From Deltaproteobacteria bacterium (GTDB lineage Bacteria > Desulfobacterota_D > UBA1144 > Nemesobacterales > CSP1-2): DNA of 64,000 nucleotides. Shown here in pieces: positions 11,045 to 20,085 of this stretch (position 1 is the stretch's first letter; each line of letters starts with the position of its first letter). Made by a program: the position numbers and the translations under genes. The notes under the pieces are model-generated. The model was given only the letters and a program-made list of their open reading frames with translations, was not told the DNA's origin and did no database searches. The stretch covers positions 273,403-337,402 of the forward strand of contig JBQTHB010000003.1 of NCBI GenBank assembly GCA_052390235.1, given 5' to 3'.

Positions 11045-11154
11045 CCTAAGGGCGCGGGTTTGTCAAGGATTTAAGCGAAAAATTCACGATGCAGAGGGTG
11101 TAGAATAAATAATCCTGCCCACGTCCCGTACTTTGCTTTGGCAGGCTCAGGATA

Positions 11155-11330
11155 CACTGCGTCGAAGGGCGCAAATGAAAATAAAAGGCAATCAGATTCC
11201 TCTGTGCGTTCGGAATGACAGAGGTGAGAGTCTCTGAGAGATAGGGGCGAGGCGTTCGCAGTGGTAGTCTTTTGATCATTTCGCCCTTTCGCTACTTGTC
11301 ATTTCGAGTGAAACGAGAAATCCCGAAAAA
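11155..11330. repeat. MITE-like hairpin repeat locus B (modules R1 and R4)
   Basis: 'cgtcgaagggcgcaaatgaaaataaaaggcaatcagattcctctgtgcgttcggaatgacag' is followed by 'gtcatttcgagtgaaacgagaaatccc'. Confidence 0.8.
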
Positions 11331-11545
11331 GATACCGGTTTGAGCTAACACGCCCCGTCTCCTTGAGATACCCCCTCCTTGAGAAGTGGAGAAAAGCTAT
11401 CCTCATAGGCGATTTCTTCTCCCATGAGAACAGAAATCCTGAGCCCTTCGGCAGAGCCTGTACTGAGGGATGGATTCCCGCACAACAGACGCCGTAAGAA
11501 CAACATCTCACATCCTGTTCGCCCGCGCCCGCGCAGTTCGGAGCG

Positions 11546-12406
11546 TTAGAGCAGCAGAACCCCTTTGAGCCGGTAATAAAATAGGATTAGATAGTAGAAT
11601 ACGGGGAAAACCAGTATGAGGCTGTCGAAGCGGTCAAGCGCGCCGCCGTGTCCGGGCAGTAGCGCGCCCGAATCCTTCGCCCCGACGCTCCGCTTGATTA
11701 GGGATTCGATGAGGTCTCCGACGACGGCGACTCCCCCGACGGCGACCCCGAGAAATAGCGCCCAGGCGTAGGGCAGAGGGGATGCGAAAATGAGATTGAC
11801 GACCGCTCCTGTTAGAGCCGAAGCCGCCAGCCCTCCGACAGCGCCTTCGAGCGTTTTTCCGGGGCTAATGGCGGGGATGAGTTTCCGCCTCCCCTTCCAT
11901 TTCCCGGCGAAATACGCTCCGGCGTCGTTTAGAAACGTGCAGGCGACGGCAAAAACTATATAAAAAAATCCGGCGTCCCTCATGCCCCCGAGCGCATCCG
12001 ACTGAGCCTGCGCAGCGCCGATATTTCTAATGAGAACGGCGTGGCTCAGGAATAATCCTATATAGACCACTCCGAGTAGAGCCGCAGCAGGCTCTGCGAC
12101 TGCGCTGGAGAAATCCCGCCGCCGAAGCTGTAGGGAGAGTATTGCCGCCGCCGCTAACGTAAATCCGGCAAGGAGCGGAATGTATCCGAAGTACGCCGCT
12201 ACCGGAAGGACGAGACTCGCCACAAGCCCCGCCCGCGCCTCTGCCGATACTCGAGCGGATTTAAATAAATTCGATAATTCGAGATGGCACGCGAGGGCAA
12301 CAATGAGTATGAACGCGAGAAACCACGCCCCGCCCCGATGGAATAGGAACAGCAATACGGGAACTCCAAAGGCGGCGGTAAGCACTCGCTGAAGTAGGTT
12401 GCTCAT
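11546..12406 (-). CDS. cdsA: Phosphatidate cytidylyltransferase
   Basis: It is a multi-TM protein with the CdsA signature 'GKTLEGAVGG...GHGGALDRFDS'. The start is trimmed to the internal ATG (MSNLLQRV), giving 286 aa. Confidence 0.8.
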   Translation of the reverse strand: MSNLLQRVLTAAFGVPVLLFLFHRGGAWFLAFILIVALACHLELSNLFKSARVSAEARAGLVASLVLPVAAYFGYIPLLAGFTLAAAAILSLQLRRRDFSSAVAEPAAALLGVVYIGLFLSHAVLIRNIGAAQAQSDALGGMRDAGFFYIVFAVACTFLNDAGAYFAGKWKGRRKLIPAISPGKTLEGAVGGLAASALTGAVVNLIFASPLPYAWALFLGVAVGGVAVVGDLIESLIKRSVGAKDSGALLPGHGGALDRFDSLILVFPVFYYLILFYYRLKGVLLL

Positions 12407-12470
12407 GAGAGTTATCGGGATATAATTTCCATGAAATGGGCATTTATGCAAATCCGAGGACGGAGGGGAA

Positions 12471-13241
12471 ATGACAGCGATAGAGCCGATATACCGCCCC
12501 AAGCCGGGGGGCGAGCCAATGAGCATAGCGGTTTTCCTCTCAGGCGAGGGGAGCAATCTCATCGCCCTGTATGAAGAGCAGAGGAGATTCGAGCGGGCGG
12601 GCAGGAGATTAGCCGGAATTGACGCCGTCTTTACAAACGCCCCCGACTGCCGCGGAGCGGCTAGGGCAAGGGAGCTTGGGATTCCCGTCGCAAGCCTCTC
12701 ATCAAAATCCTATTTCGATATTCTGGGAATCAGCCCCGACGACGATGCCGCAAGGGATTATTTCGACGCCGCTTCCATTGCCATGGTTCAGAGCCTCTGC
12801 CGCCCGGATTTAATTGTTCTCGCCGGATACAGGAGGAAGGTCGGCAGGCTCTTTTGCAGGCGATACGAGAATAGAATTGTCAATCTCTACCCCGGGGACA
12901 TCACAAAGCCGTATCTCGTCAGAGGCGTTGACGCGGGGATTCAAGCCCTCAGAGCGGGGGAGGACTCAATTAAATGCACGGTCTATCTCCAAGGCGAGGC
13001 GGAGCGTTTCGGGAGGGCAATAGCGCAGTCCCCTCCGGTATCGCTCCGAGGGTTCTTGGAGCAGGATGCGGCGCGGATTCAGGAGAAAATCAGAGCCGAG
13101 GGGGAGTGGAAGGTGTTTGCTTTCGCCGTTTTCGAGCTTATCGCGGCAGGCAGAGCGGGCGCGGACACAGAGGGGAATATCTACATTGACGGCGAGAGGG
13201 TAGAGGGCGGGGGATGGCAATTTAATAAAAGCGGCGTTTAA
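12471..13241 (+). CDS. Formyltransferase of the PurN family (phosphoribosylglycinamide formyltransferase-like)
   Basis: 'IAVFLSGEGSNLIAL' matches the PurN N-terminal 'ISGxGSNL' motif, and there is 'LAGYRR'. There is an AGGAGGGGA Shine-Dalgarno. A C-terminal extension follows. Confidence 0.6.
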   Translation: MTAIEPIYRPKPGGEPMSIAVFLSGEGSNLIALYEEQRRFERAGRRLAGIDAVFTNAPDCRGAARARELGIPVASLSSKSYFDILGISPDDDAARDYFDAASIAMVQSLCRPDLIVLAGYRRKVGRLFCRRYENRIVNLYPGDITKPYLVRGVDAGIQALRAGEDSIKCTVYLQGEAERFGRAIAQSPPVSLRGFLEQDAARIQEKIRAEGEWKVFAFAVFELIAAGRAGADTEGNIYIDGERVEGGGWQFNKSGV

Positions 13242-13264
13242 TGGCTGGCGGCTAGTTTTTTTTT

Positions 13265-13291
13265 GGTCTCGAAACTAAAAACTCGAAACTC
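13265..13291. repeat. Short motif 'GGTCTCGAAACTAAAAACTCGAAACTC' (R5 family) at a convergent gene junction
   Basis: It lies directly after a T9 run downstream of the PurN-like stop, facing the convergent O-methyltransferase gene. It shares 'ggtctcg.aact.aaaactaaaaactc' with 34710-34736 and, in reverse complement, with 38072-38100. Confidence 0.6.
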
Positions 13292-13328
13292 TATTTCCAT
13301 TCCAGAGAATTGACCCCGCCCCCCATAA

Positions 13329-14327
13329 TCACTTAAGCGCCGTTATCACGCTAGAGGGAATGGCTTCTATCTCGTAGAATCTGATATTTCTAAAGCCGAG
13401 CTTCTGAAGCCATTTTATTATATCGCTTCTCTTATAAGCGTCTCCCTCAGGGGTTACCGACATAACGCTGAGGGCGAAAACGGCGGACGGCAGAGGGCGA
13501 TACTCTTTCTCATCCATAGCGAAGCCGTGAATGACGACCATGCCTCCGACCTCGAGCGCGTCGTGGACTTTTTTAAGGAGTTTCATGTTTTCATCCGGGC
13601 TGAACATCTGGAGGATATTGGCGAGGAGAATTAAATCGTAGTTGAGTTTATCGAAATCGAGCGCTGCGAAATCCCCGGCTATGCAGGATACGCGGTCTTC
13701 AAGGTCGTATTTTTTGATATACTCCCTTGCCACGTCAAGCGCCTTGGGCAGGTCAAAGACCATTGCGCGCAGGAGGGGGTATCTCTTAGCCCACTCAAGC
13801 GAATACGTGCCTGCGCCGCCGCCTACGTCGAGCATCCTCCTGCGGGAGGAAATATCCACGGATTTGAGTATCGCCCGGCTTGCCTCTCTGGCTATCTCGT
13901 GCATCCCCCGCGCGAAGGTTTTAAATTCGGCCTCGTCGTGGGAGTATAGCTCCTTCATGGTTACGACGGGCTTGCCGCTTCTGACGACTTTTGAGGCGTC
14001 CGACCATACATACCAGAAATAGTGCAGAAGCTCCATGTAGTTGCGAAGGGAGGAGTCGCCCCCCGAAAGCAGAGCGCCCCTGAGATTGTCGGGAAGCTCG
14101 TATTTGTCCCCCTCTTTCACAAGCGCGCCCATAGCGGCAAGGGCGTTTGCGAGCGCTCTTACCCCCCTTTCACTCGCCCTCAGCTCCCAGGCAAGCTCCG
14201 TAACCGTCTTAGCGCCCTTCTCCAGAGCGTCGAAAAGCCCCATCTCGTGGGCGGTAAAGAGGGTTTTCGATTCCATAAATCCGCGCATGATTTTAATCAA
14301 ATCCCTAGGGTCGGTAGCGGTGTTCAT
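13329..14327 (-). CDS. SAM-dependent O-methyltransferase (family 2, with N-terminal dimerisation/winged-helix domain)
   Basis: It has the SAM motif I 'MLDVGGGAGTYS'. At 332 aa its architecture is typical of the plant/bacterial OMT family. Confidence 0.8.
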   Translation of the reverse strand: MNTATDPRDLIKIMRGFMESKTLFTAHEMGLFDALEKGAKTVTELAWELRASERGVRALANALAAMGALVKEGDKYELPDNLRGALLSGGDSSLRNYMELLHYFWYVWSDASKVVRSGKPVVTMKELYSHDEAEFKTFARGMHEIAREASRAILKSVDISSRRRMLDVGGGAGTYSLEWAKRYPLLRAMVFDLPKALDVAREYIKKYDLEDRVSCIAGDFAALDFDKLNYDLILLANILQMFSPDENMKLLKKVHDALEVGGMVVIHGFAMDEKEYRPLPSAVFALSVMSVTPEGDAYKRSDIIKWLQKLGFRNIRFYEIEAIPSSVITALK

Positions 14328-14347
14328 TAAATTTGGAACTCCATAGG

Positions 14348-14692
14348 TTAAGTTTCGATTTTTACGTCCGCGCCTTCAATCACGATTCTATAAGTCTTGA
14401 GCGGATAAGAAGCGTCTCTGAGGCATACGCCGGTTTTTACCTCGAACATCCAGCCGTGATTGGGGCAGAGGATTCTGCCCTGATAGACCGGGGCGTAGGT
14501 AAGCGGGAATCCCTCATGGGGGCAGGCATTGCGCACCGCGCACAGCTCGCCGCCGAGGTTGATTACGGCGACTTCCCTGCCGTTGATGATGACAATTTTC
14601 CTTTTGCCCTGCTCGATTTCCCCCACTTTGGCGACGGATATAAGGGATGTGCCGGATTTGAAATCTGCTTTCGCTTGATTGGCGCGCTTCAT
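14348..14692 (-). CDS. Rieske [2Fe-2S] domain protein
   Basis: It has the two Rieske boxes 'CPHEG' and 'CPNHGW'. The ORF is trimmed to the ATG (MKRANQ), because the annotated upstream start is TTG. Confidence 0.75.
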   Translation of the reverse strand: MKRANQAKADFKSGTSLISVAKVGEIEQGKRKIVIINGREVAVINLGGELCAVRNACPHEGFPLTYAPVYQGRILCPNHGWMFEVKTGVCLRDASYPLKTYRIVIEGADVKIET

Positions 14693-14914
14693 TGGGAGAG
14701 TTATTTTAACACAACATTGCGCCGAGTTTTGCAACGGGGCGGGAGGGATAATTATCTGGCGGCTGGGGGCGCAAACCGCAGACTCAATACGGGGTTGAGT
14801 TCCATTTTATGGCGCCGAGGGGAGGTTCTCGGAAATTTAATCGTTTTTTAACACTGGCTTAACATTCGAGATTCAAAGTAATATAGAGAATAAAAAACGG
14901 AGACCTGATTTAAT

Positions 14915-15124
14915 ATGAGCGAAAACGACATTGCCGCCCTAGAGAAGAAAATCCAAGAGACCAAGAAGAGATACACGAAATTTATCTACGAGAGAGAAAA
15001 AAAGAGAAAGCGTGAGCACGACGTTCACTTCACCAAAAAAGACCAAGAGGTCCTCATAAAATCCTTTGTCATCGCCGGCGTGCTGGAAAACGGCATCAGA
15101 AAAATTTTAACCGGCATTTTCTAA
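14915..15124 (+). CDS. Small Lys/Glu-rich hypothetical protein (69 aa) in a local AT-rich islet
   Basis: It is a clean ORF with 'acggagacctgatttaatATG'. Local GC is much lower than the flanks. There is no recognisable domain. Confidence 0.35.
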   Translation: MSENDIAALEKKIQETKKRYTKFIYEREKKRKREHDVHFTKKDQEVLIKSFVIAGVLENGIRKILTGIF

Positions 15125-15324
15125 GCGACTTCAATCATTAGAGTCGCCGCCCCTCCAAGATGTGCTGGGTGGGGAGAGAGAATGCCCGCTCATGGCACAC
15201 TACGAGATTGGAATATCACTTCCAGCTCAAACTAAAGCTACAATCAGATGAGATAGAGATTTATTTCATCGGCAACGGCGAGCCTCTGCCAGATTCCAGA
15301 GAATCTTGAGCGCAGGAGAAATCC

Positions 15325-15585
15325 CTAGATGTGGCTGTCTAGCCCGATGACCCCCCTATCTAAGCCCACGAGACCGTCCATAAACGCTTGAAGCTCCCGC
15401 TCAGCCGTATGTTCGTCGTAAAACACGCCGAGTATCGCCGGATACAGCGGGTCGGGAAGATAGGCTATGACATTGAAAATTTTAACCCTCTGCCCCTCTA
15501 GCTCCGTCGTCTGCTCCTCGATAGCGAATCCCGCAATATGGGCGAGCGATAGAAATCTGCCGCTTCTCGACCTTATGAATATCAT
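15325..15585 (-). CDS. Hypothetical protein (86 aa)
   Basis: The ATG overlaps the stop of the upstream 45-aa ORF in an ATGA arrangement, suggesting translational coupling. No motif is recognised. Confidence 0.35.
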   Translation of the reverse strand: MIFIRSRSGRFLSLAHIAGFAIEEQTTELEGQRVKIFNVIAYLPDPLYPAILGVFYDEHTAERELQAFMDGLVGLDRGVIGLDSHI

Positions 15586-15719
15586 TGATCCTCCCAATAG
15601 ACCTCTACAGAAACCCCATAGATGCCAAATTTATTCTCGATGGGTTTGTGAAACGCCTCGATTTTATCCCCGTCGAATAATCCGCCGAAGAAGCTCGAGA
15701 GGATTGAGGAGATTTTCAT
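15582..15719 (-). CDS. Hypothetical small protein (45 aa)
   Basis: The translation is MKISSILSSFFGGLFDGDKIEAFHKPIENKFGIYGVSVEVYWEDQ. It was not in the ORF track, which has a 60 aa cutoff. Its stop overlaps the next start. Confidence 0.3.
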   Translation of the reverse strand: MKISSILSSFFGGLFDGDKIEAFHKPIENKFGIYGVSVEVYWEDQ

Positions 15720-15840
15720 AGAGGGGCATCCGATGGATATTGCGATTCCCCCTCCTCCCCCCAGAGCATGGGACAGCAGACTCCCCCCTGGGGCGGCATA
15801 GCCGGGCTTAATTGAACCTTACAGTGGGAAATGGCTGATT

Positions 15841-16167
15841 TTAAGACTTCTTGGATTTCTTTTGTCTTACTTCTTCTTTGAGCGCTTTCTTTCCGCCCTC
15901 GACCGCTCCAACTGCGGCGTACTGAACGACCTTTAGCGCCTTCTCGACGACGTCGGAGGCGGTTTTAATGATTTCCGATGCCGTATCGCCCACTTTCCGC
16001 GCGGCGTCCATTGGGAGCTTTGTAAGGTCGCTCCTCTTGGTTAAGCCGAGCTTAGACCTCAGGTCTTCGAGTTCTCTTTTTATCGTCTGAAATTCCTCTT
16101 CGAGCTTACTGCTCTGGGCTAATACCTCTCCGGTTGAATCTGCTTTCTTGGTTTTCTTCGACGGCAT
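15841..16167 (-). CDS. Lys/Glu-rich coiled-coil protein (108 aa), last gene of the P-type ATPase operon
   Basis: It is 16 bp downstream of the ATPase stop. It is amphipathic and coiled-coil-like, with no catalytic motifs. Confidence 0.5.
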   Translation of the reverse strand: MPSKKTKKADSTGEVLAQSSKLEEEFQTIKRELEDLRSKLGLTKRSDLTKLPMDAARKVGDTASEIIKTASDVVEKALKVVQYAAVGAVEGGKKALKEEVRQKKSKKS

Positions 16168-16183
16168 TTTATGCGTCCTCCTT

Positions 16184-18322
16184 CTAGCTTAAGATTTCCC
16201 TCTTTATCTCCGCCTCCGAACCGTTCCAAAGCGGCTTTATTGCGTTGATTCCGATGAGTATGGTTATCCCGTTGTTTATAACGGTTGAGACCACGGGATT
16301 GAGCGCCCCGCCTACAGCCCCTACCATGCCGATGGAGTTTGCAAGGGTGTTGATTCTGTAATTCTGCTTAATGTTGCGAAGGGCCATGTCGGAGATTTGG
16401 ATTGCCTCGATGAGGTTGTTCAGGTCGCTGTTGATGACCACGTCGGCGACTTCGATGGCGATGTCGGCGCCGCTGTTAATGGATATTCCGATGTCGGCAA
16501 CCGAAAGCGCGGGAGAGTCATTTACGCCGTCTCCGAGGAAAGCTACTCGTCTGCCCCTTGCCTTGAGGGATTTTATAATTGCCGCCTTTTCATCGGGGAA
16601 GGCCCTTGCGTGAAATTTCTTGATGCCGAGCTTTTTGGCGACTACCTCAGCCGCCCCCTCGTTGTCCCCAGTGCAGAGGATAACATCCCTTCCGAGCTTG
16701 TGGAGAGCGCCTACCACAGCCTTTGATTCGGGGCGGAGCGGGTCTGCAACGCCGATGAGAGCAACAATGGAGGTGTTATCAACCAAATAGAGCGCCGATA
16801 CCCCTCCTTCGTGGAGTCTGTCCACGTCTTCTTGCACCTTTTTGGAGATTTTAATATGCTCTTTCTCCATGAATTTCGTGCTTCCAATGAGGAACTTGCC
16901 GCCGTTTATCTGCGCCTCGACCCCTAGCCCTCTGTGATATTTCGACTCCCTCCTCTGGAGAATTTCAAGCCCTTTATCCGCCGCCCTCTGCACGATGGAT
17001 TTCGCCACCGGGTGCGTGAGCCTCTGCTCTAGCGACGCCGCCAAGGCAAGGGCTTCGTCCGCCGAGACCTTGTAAGAGACAATTTCTGTGATTTCGGGGT
17101 ATCCGACGGTGAGCGTGCCGGTTTTATCAAACACGATGGTGTCAACGTTGTGGAGAATTTCAAGGTGCCGCCCGCTCTTGATGAGAATCCCGCGCCGCGC
17201 CGCAAGCGCCATGTGAGACATAATGGCGGCGGGGGTGGAGACGTGAATCCCCGTGTGGTAATCGAATGTGAGCGTGGATATGGTGCTGTTGATGTTTCCC
17301 GTGAGGGCGTAGAGGGTTCCAGAGGTGAGAAATGTCGGGATAACAAATTTATTGGCTAGGTCTTCGGCGCTTTTTTGGGTTTCGATAGGCTCGTTGATGC
17401 TCTCTTGGATGATGCTCACGATTTTGGCAAGGGCGGTCTCGTCGCCTATTTTATCGGCCGTGATGTAGAGCTTGCCGTCTTCGATAAAAGTTCCGGCATA
17501 GACCCTCTCGCCCTTAGCCTTCAGCGCGGGGTTTGACTCGCCCGTGAGCGACGCCTGATTCACAAGCGCCTCGCCTTCATCAATTAGCCCGTCAATTGAG
17601 ATTTTCTCCCCCGTATAGACGACGACGCGGTCTCCTTTTTGTATCTGATTGACGGGAACTTCAATGGCGTTGCCGTCTCCGCGCACGAGCCAAGCCCGCT
17701 CGTCTTTATAGCTGAGGAGTTTTTCGATTTCCTTCTTCGCCCTGCCTTGAGTCTTCTCCTCAATATAATCCCCTAGCGACAGGAGCCATACCATGAGCAT
17801 GGAGGCAAAAGGGCTGCCGCGAAGCGTCGCAATAGCCAGCGCGGATGAATCCAAGAGGTGAACGTCAATTTTCCTATTGCGGATGGAATTGATGGCTTTT
17901 CTGAATATCGGCAGGGCGAGGGCGAGAGTCATTACCGTCAGCGCCCCTCCCGAAACCGCCGCCCCTAGGGCAAAAGGCACGAGTCCCAGCGTCGTGGATG
18001 CGAACCACCGCTTCGCCCCTCCCTCTGACTCGGCTTTGGGCTTTTTACCGTTTCCGTTTTTTGTTTGGGCAAGCGCGAAGGAAATCATCTGAGGCGTGGC
18101 AGTATCGAGCAGGCTGAGCAGCGCGCCGACGCTGAATTTCTTTGGGTCGTACTCGATGGTGAGCGTGCCGGTTCTCGTGCTTGCCTTAACCCGGCTCACT
18201 CCCTCATTTTGAGCGATGAACTGCTCCAATGCGCTATCCTCAACGCCCGCGTATCTGAGGAAAATGCTCTTTATCTGTATCCTTCCCGGAAGGAATCGGC
18301 TGACTGTGTATGGTATCGGCAT
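16184..18322 (-). CDS. P-type ATPase, P1B-like topology with non-canonical metal-site residues
   Basis: It has 'DKTGTLT', 'TGDN' and 'GDGVNDSPAL', an N-terminal ferredoxin-like HMA-type domain lacking CxxC, and 8 predicted TMs. The TM6 position aligned to CPC reads 'YHT' ('DYHTGIHVSTPAAIM' versus CopA 'ACPCAFGLATPTAL'). Confidence 0.85.
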   Translation of the reverse strand: MPIPYTVSRFLPGRIQIKSIFLRYAGVEDSALEQFIAQNEGVSRVKASTRTGTLTIEYDPKKFSVGALLSLLDTATPQMISFALAQTKNGNGKKPKAESEGGAKRWFASTTLGLVPFALGAAVSGGALTVMTLALALPIFRKAINSIRNRKIDVHLLDSSALAIATLRGSPFASMLMVWLLSLGDYIEEKTQGRAKKEIEKLLSYKDERAWLVRGDGNAIEVPVNQIQKGDRVVVYTGEKISIDGLIDEGEALVNQASLTGESNPALKAKGERVYAGTFIEDGKLYITADKIGDETALAKIVSIIQESINEPIETQKSAEDLANKFVIPTFLTSGTLYALTGNINSTISTLTFDYHTGIHVSTPAAIMSHMALAARRGILIKSGRHLEILHNVDTIVFDKTGTLTVGYPEITEIVSYKVSADEALALAASLEQRLTHPVAKSIVQRAADKGLEILQRRESKYHRGLGVEAQINGGKFLIGSTKFMEKEHIKISKKVQEDVDRLHEGGVSALYLVDNTSIVALIGVADPLRPESKAVVGALHKLGRDVILCTGDNEGAAEVVAKKLGIKKFHARAFPDEKAAIIKSLKARGRRVAFLGDGVNDSPALSVADIGISINSGADIAIEVADVVINSDLNNLIEAIQISDMALRNIKQNYRINTLANSIGMVGAVGGALNPVVSTVINNGITILIGINAIKPLWNGSEAEIKREILS

Positions 18323-18357
18323 TTTTATTCTTTGAGTGATGAAACACTGCGCTGAAA

Positions 18358-18567
18358 TTATTTCTTGAGCTTCTCGGCTTCCATCTCGACTAGGGCGAGC
18401 TTTCTAGTTTCAATAGCGTGAAGGGCGGTTTCTATCTCCCTCTGCATCCCTTCGAGCTTTCTGCGCTCGTCAATTTTGTGAACTAGGTAGAAGCCAAGCA
18501 GGCCCGCTCCAATGCCGATGGCAAAAGAAAAGGGGTTTGAACAAAAAATTCTCGATAACAAATTCAT
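18358..18567 (-). CDS. Small membrane protein with one TM and a coiled-coil tail (69 aa)
   Basis: There is an AAAGGAGAG Shine-Dalgarno, a hydrophobic segment 'FSFAIGIGAGLLGFYLV', then a charged helix. Confidence 0.5.
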   Translation of the reverse strand: MNLLSRIFCSNPFSFAIGIGAGLLGFYLVHKIDERRKLEGMQREIETALHAIETRKLALVEMEAEKLKK

Positions 18568-18587
18568 CTTCGTCTCTCCTTTAATGT

Positions 18588-18914
18588 TTACAGGGTCGCT
18601 TTGATTTTCTGTAGAACTTCCTGCTGTTTCTGCAGGATTTCGAGCTTTTTTTCCACGTCCAGCTTATAGAGATGCTTCGCCTCGGCGCTAACGTCAGCCC
18701 AGAACTCCTGCCCCTCTCCGACGGACGCCCCAAGCCAGTCCTTAAAAGCTATGACCTCTTTTGACGCCCCCACCCACAACGGCCTCGACTGCTTCAGGGC
18801 GATGCCTAATAAAAACACTCCGGCGACAGTTCCCACTCCCGCCAGAAAATATCGAGACGCAATACATCCGCCAATTGTCTCTCCCAACGCCTCCAAACCT
18901 AGCAATTTAAGCAC
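18588..18914 (-). CDS. Small membrane protein with one TM and a coiled-coil tail (108 aa)
   Basis: It has a GTG start with a GAGGAGG Shine-Dalgarno. The TM is 'LAGVGTVAGVFLLGIAL', and the C-terminus is 'LEILQKQQEVLQKIK'. Confidence 0.5.
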   Translation of the reverse strand: MLKLLGLEALGETIGGCIASRYFLAGVGTVAGVFLLGIALKQSRPLWVGASKEVIAFKDWLGASVGEGQEFWADVSAEAKHLYKLDVEKKLEILQKQQEVLQKIKATL

Positions 18915-18934
18915 ACTACACCTCCTCTATAAAA

Positions 18935-19312
18935 TTATCGGAATTGAGCTTTAATAAACCTGTTTACTATCATCGAACTTATTCCCCACTCCAGAAATCC
19001 AACCTTCGGACCAAGCACCGTCATGAGCCAAAACGCCTTCGCCGCCGGGTCTGCGATAAGCGGGGCAATGAAGGAGCTAATGTCGTCCCTCGTAGCCATC
19101 GGTTCCGGCTCTTTGGATATGATTTTATCTATCACATATGCGAATGGAGACGGGGTTTCATACTTAACCAGCGCCGTGAGGGAGTTGCCGCTAGAATCCA
19201 CCTCAAGCAGACCGGGGACGCTTTGCATATTTTTGATGAACGCCTCTTTTTCATAGAGGTTTGAGAACTTGAGTCTAGTTCTCCCGTCAATATGGGATAC
19301 GGGATAAACCAT
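18935..19312 (-). CDS. Cys-less HMA-like (ferredoxin-fold) small protein, paralogous to the ATPase N-terminus
   Basis: 'RTRLKFSNLYEKEAFIKNMQSVPGLLEVDSSGNSLTALVKYETP' parallels the ATPase 'RIQIKSIFLRYAGVEDSALEQFIAQNEGVSRVKASTRTGTLTIEYDP'. There is a GGAGG Shine-Dalgarno. It is the first gene of the operon. Confidence 0.5.
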   Translation of the reverse strand: MVYPVSHIDGRTRLKFSNLYEKEAFIKNMQSVPGLLEVDSSGNSLTALVKYETPSPFAYVIDKIISKEPEPMATRDDISSFIAPLIADPAAKAFWLMTVLGPKVGFLEWGISSMIVNRFIKAQFR

Positions 19313-19683
19313 CGGGCGACCTCCGGTGTGCGGGCGCTAAATCGGGCAATAGTAGATTAAAGAGTTACTGTATATGGGAATTGTTAAGGAATTATTAAGG
19401 CTGTGTTAAGACGGGAAATCCGAGCCGTTTATTTGGGGCGGCTATCCAAGTTTGAGGGGGGAGGCGACAAGGGGCTAATAATTGCTTATTCCGAAGCACG
19501 AGAATCCCGACTTCGCTAGGAGCGGAGCATCCGAGCCCCGCGCGCCGCGATACGAACCGCCGCCGCCCCGATTTTCACTCCGATGACAAGCCCGACTCCG
19601 AGCATTACCCCCGCAAAGATGATTCGGCTATACGGCATGACGAGTATGAATTTACCCATAACGCATCTCCTTCGCTGAAGTTT

Positions 19684-20085
19684 CTAAGTAACCCGCCTTG
19701 ATATTGCCCTTCTCTCAGCGAGACGCTTCATGACCTCTTCGATAATCCGCTCCTTGGAGGCCCTTCGGGCGTCTATCGAGAGATTGTTCACTTTTGCAAA
19801 CTCCGCGAGATAGGTTTTATCCCTACCAGCGATAAATTCTCTGATGGAATCAAAATTTTTAGCGGCGAAATCGGCGTAGAGCGACTCGTAGCTGCGGCGC
19901 AGGCTCTGCGGCGCGCGCTCGTCTTCAATCGGGGGTTCGCCTCCCAAGATGGCAGAGACATCATAAGCCGGCTTTTCCGCCTCGACTCTCCCCCGCCGCG
20001 CTAGGGTTCTAATCCCCGATTTGACCTCGTCGAGGAGTTTTCTCACCTCTCTCATCTTAGCTCCCGCACTGGTATGTCGGCTCAC
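19684..20085 (-). CDS. Hypothetical charged protein (133 aa), probable partner of the ParA-like ATPase
   Basis: Its start overlaps the ParA-like stop by 4 bp. It is Arg/Glu-rich and helical, with no catalytic motif. Confidence 0.5.
   Translation of the reverse strand: MSRHTSAGAKMREVRKLLDEVKSGIRTLARRGRVEAEKPAYDVSAILGGEPPIEDERAPQSLRRSYESLYADFAAKNFDSIREFIAGRDKTYLAEFAKVNNLSIDARRASKERIIEEVMKRLAERRAISRRVT

Noticed and set aside
19516-19659. Apparent small hydrophobic peptide after an AAGGAG Shine-Dalgarno
   Set aside because: On careful re-translation the ATG frame gives a Gly/Arg-rich non-hydrophobic 57-aa product. The hydrophobic stretch is in a different frame lacking a start, so it is probably not a gene.
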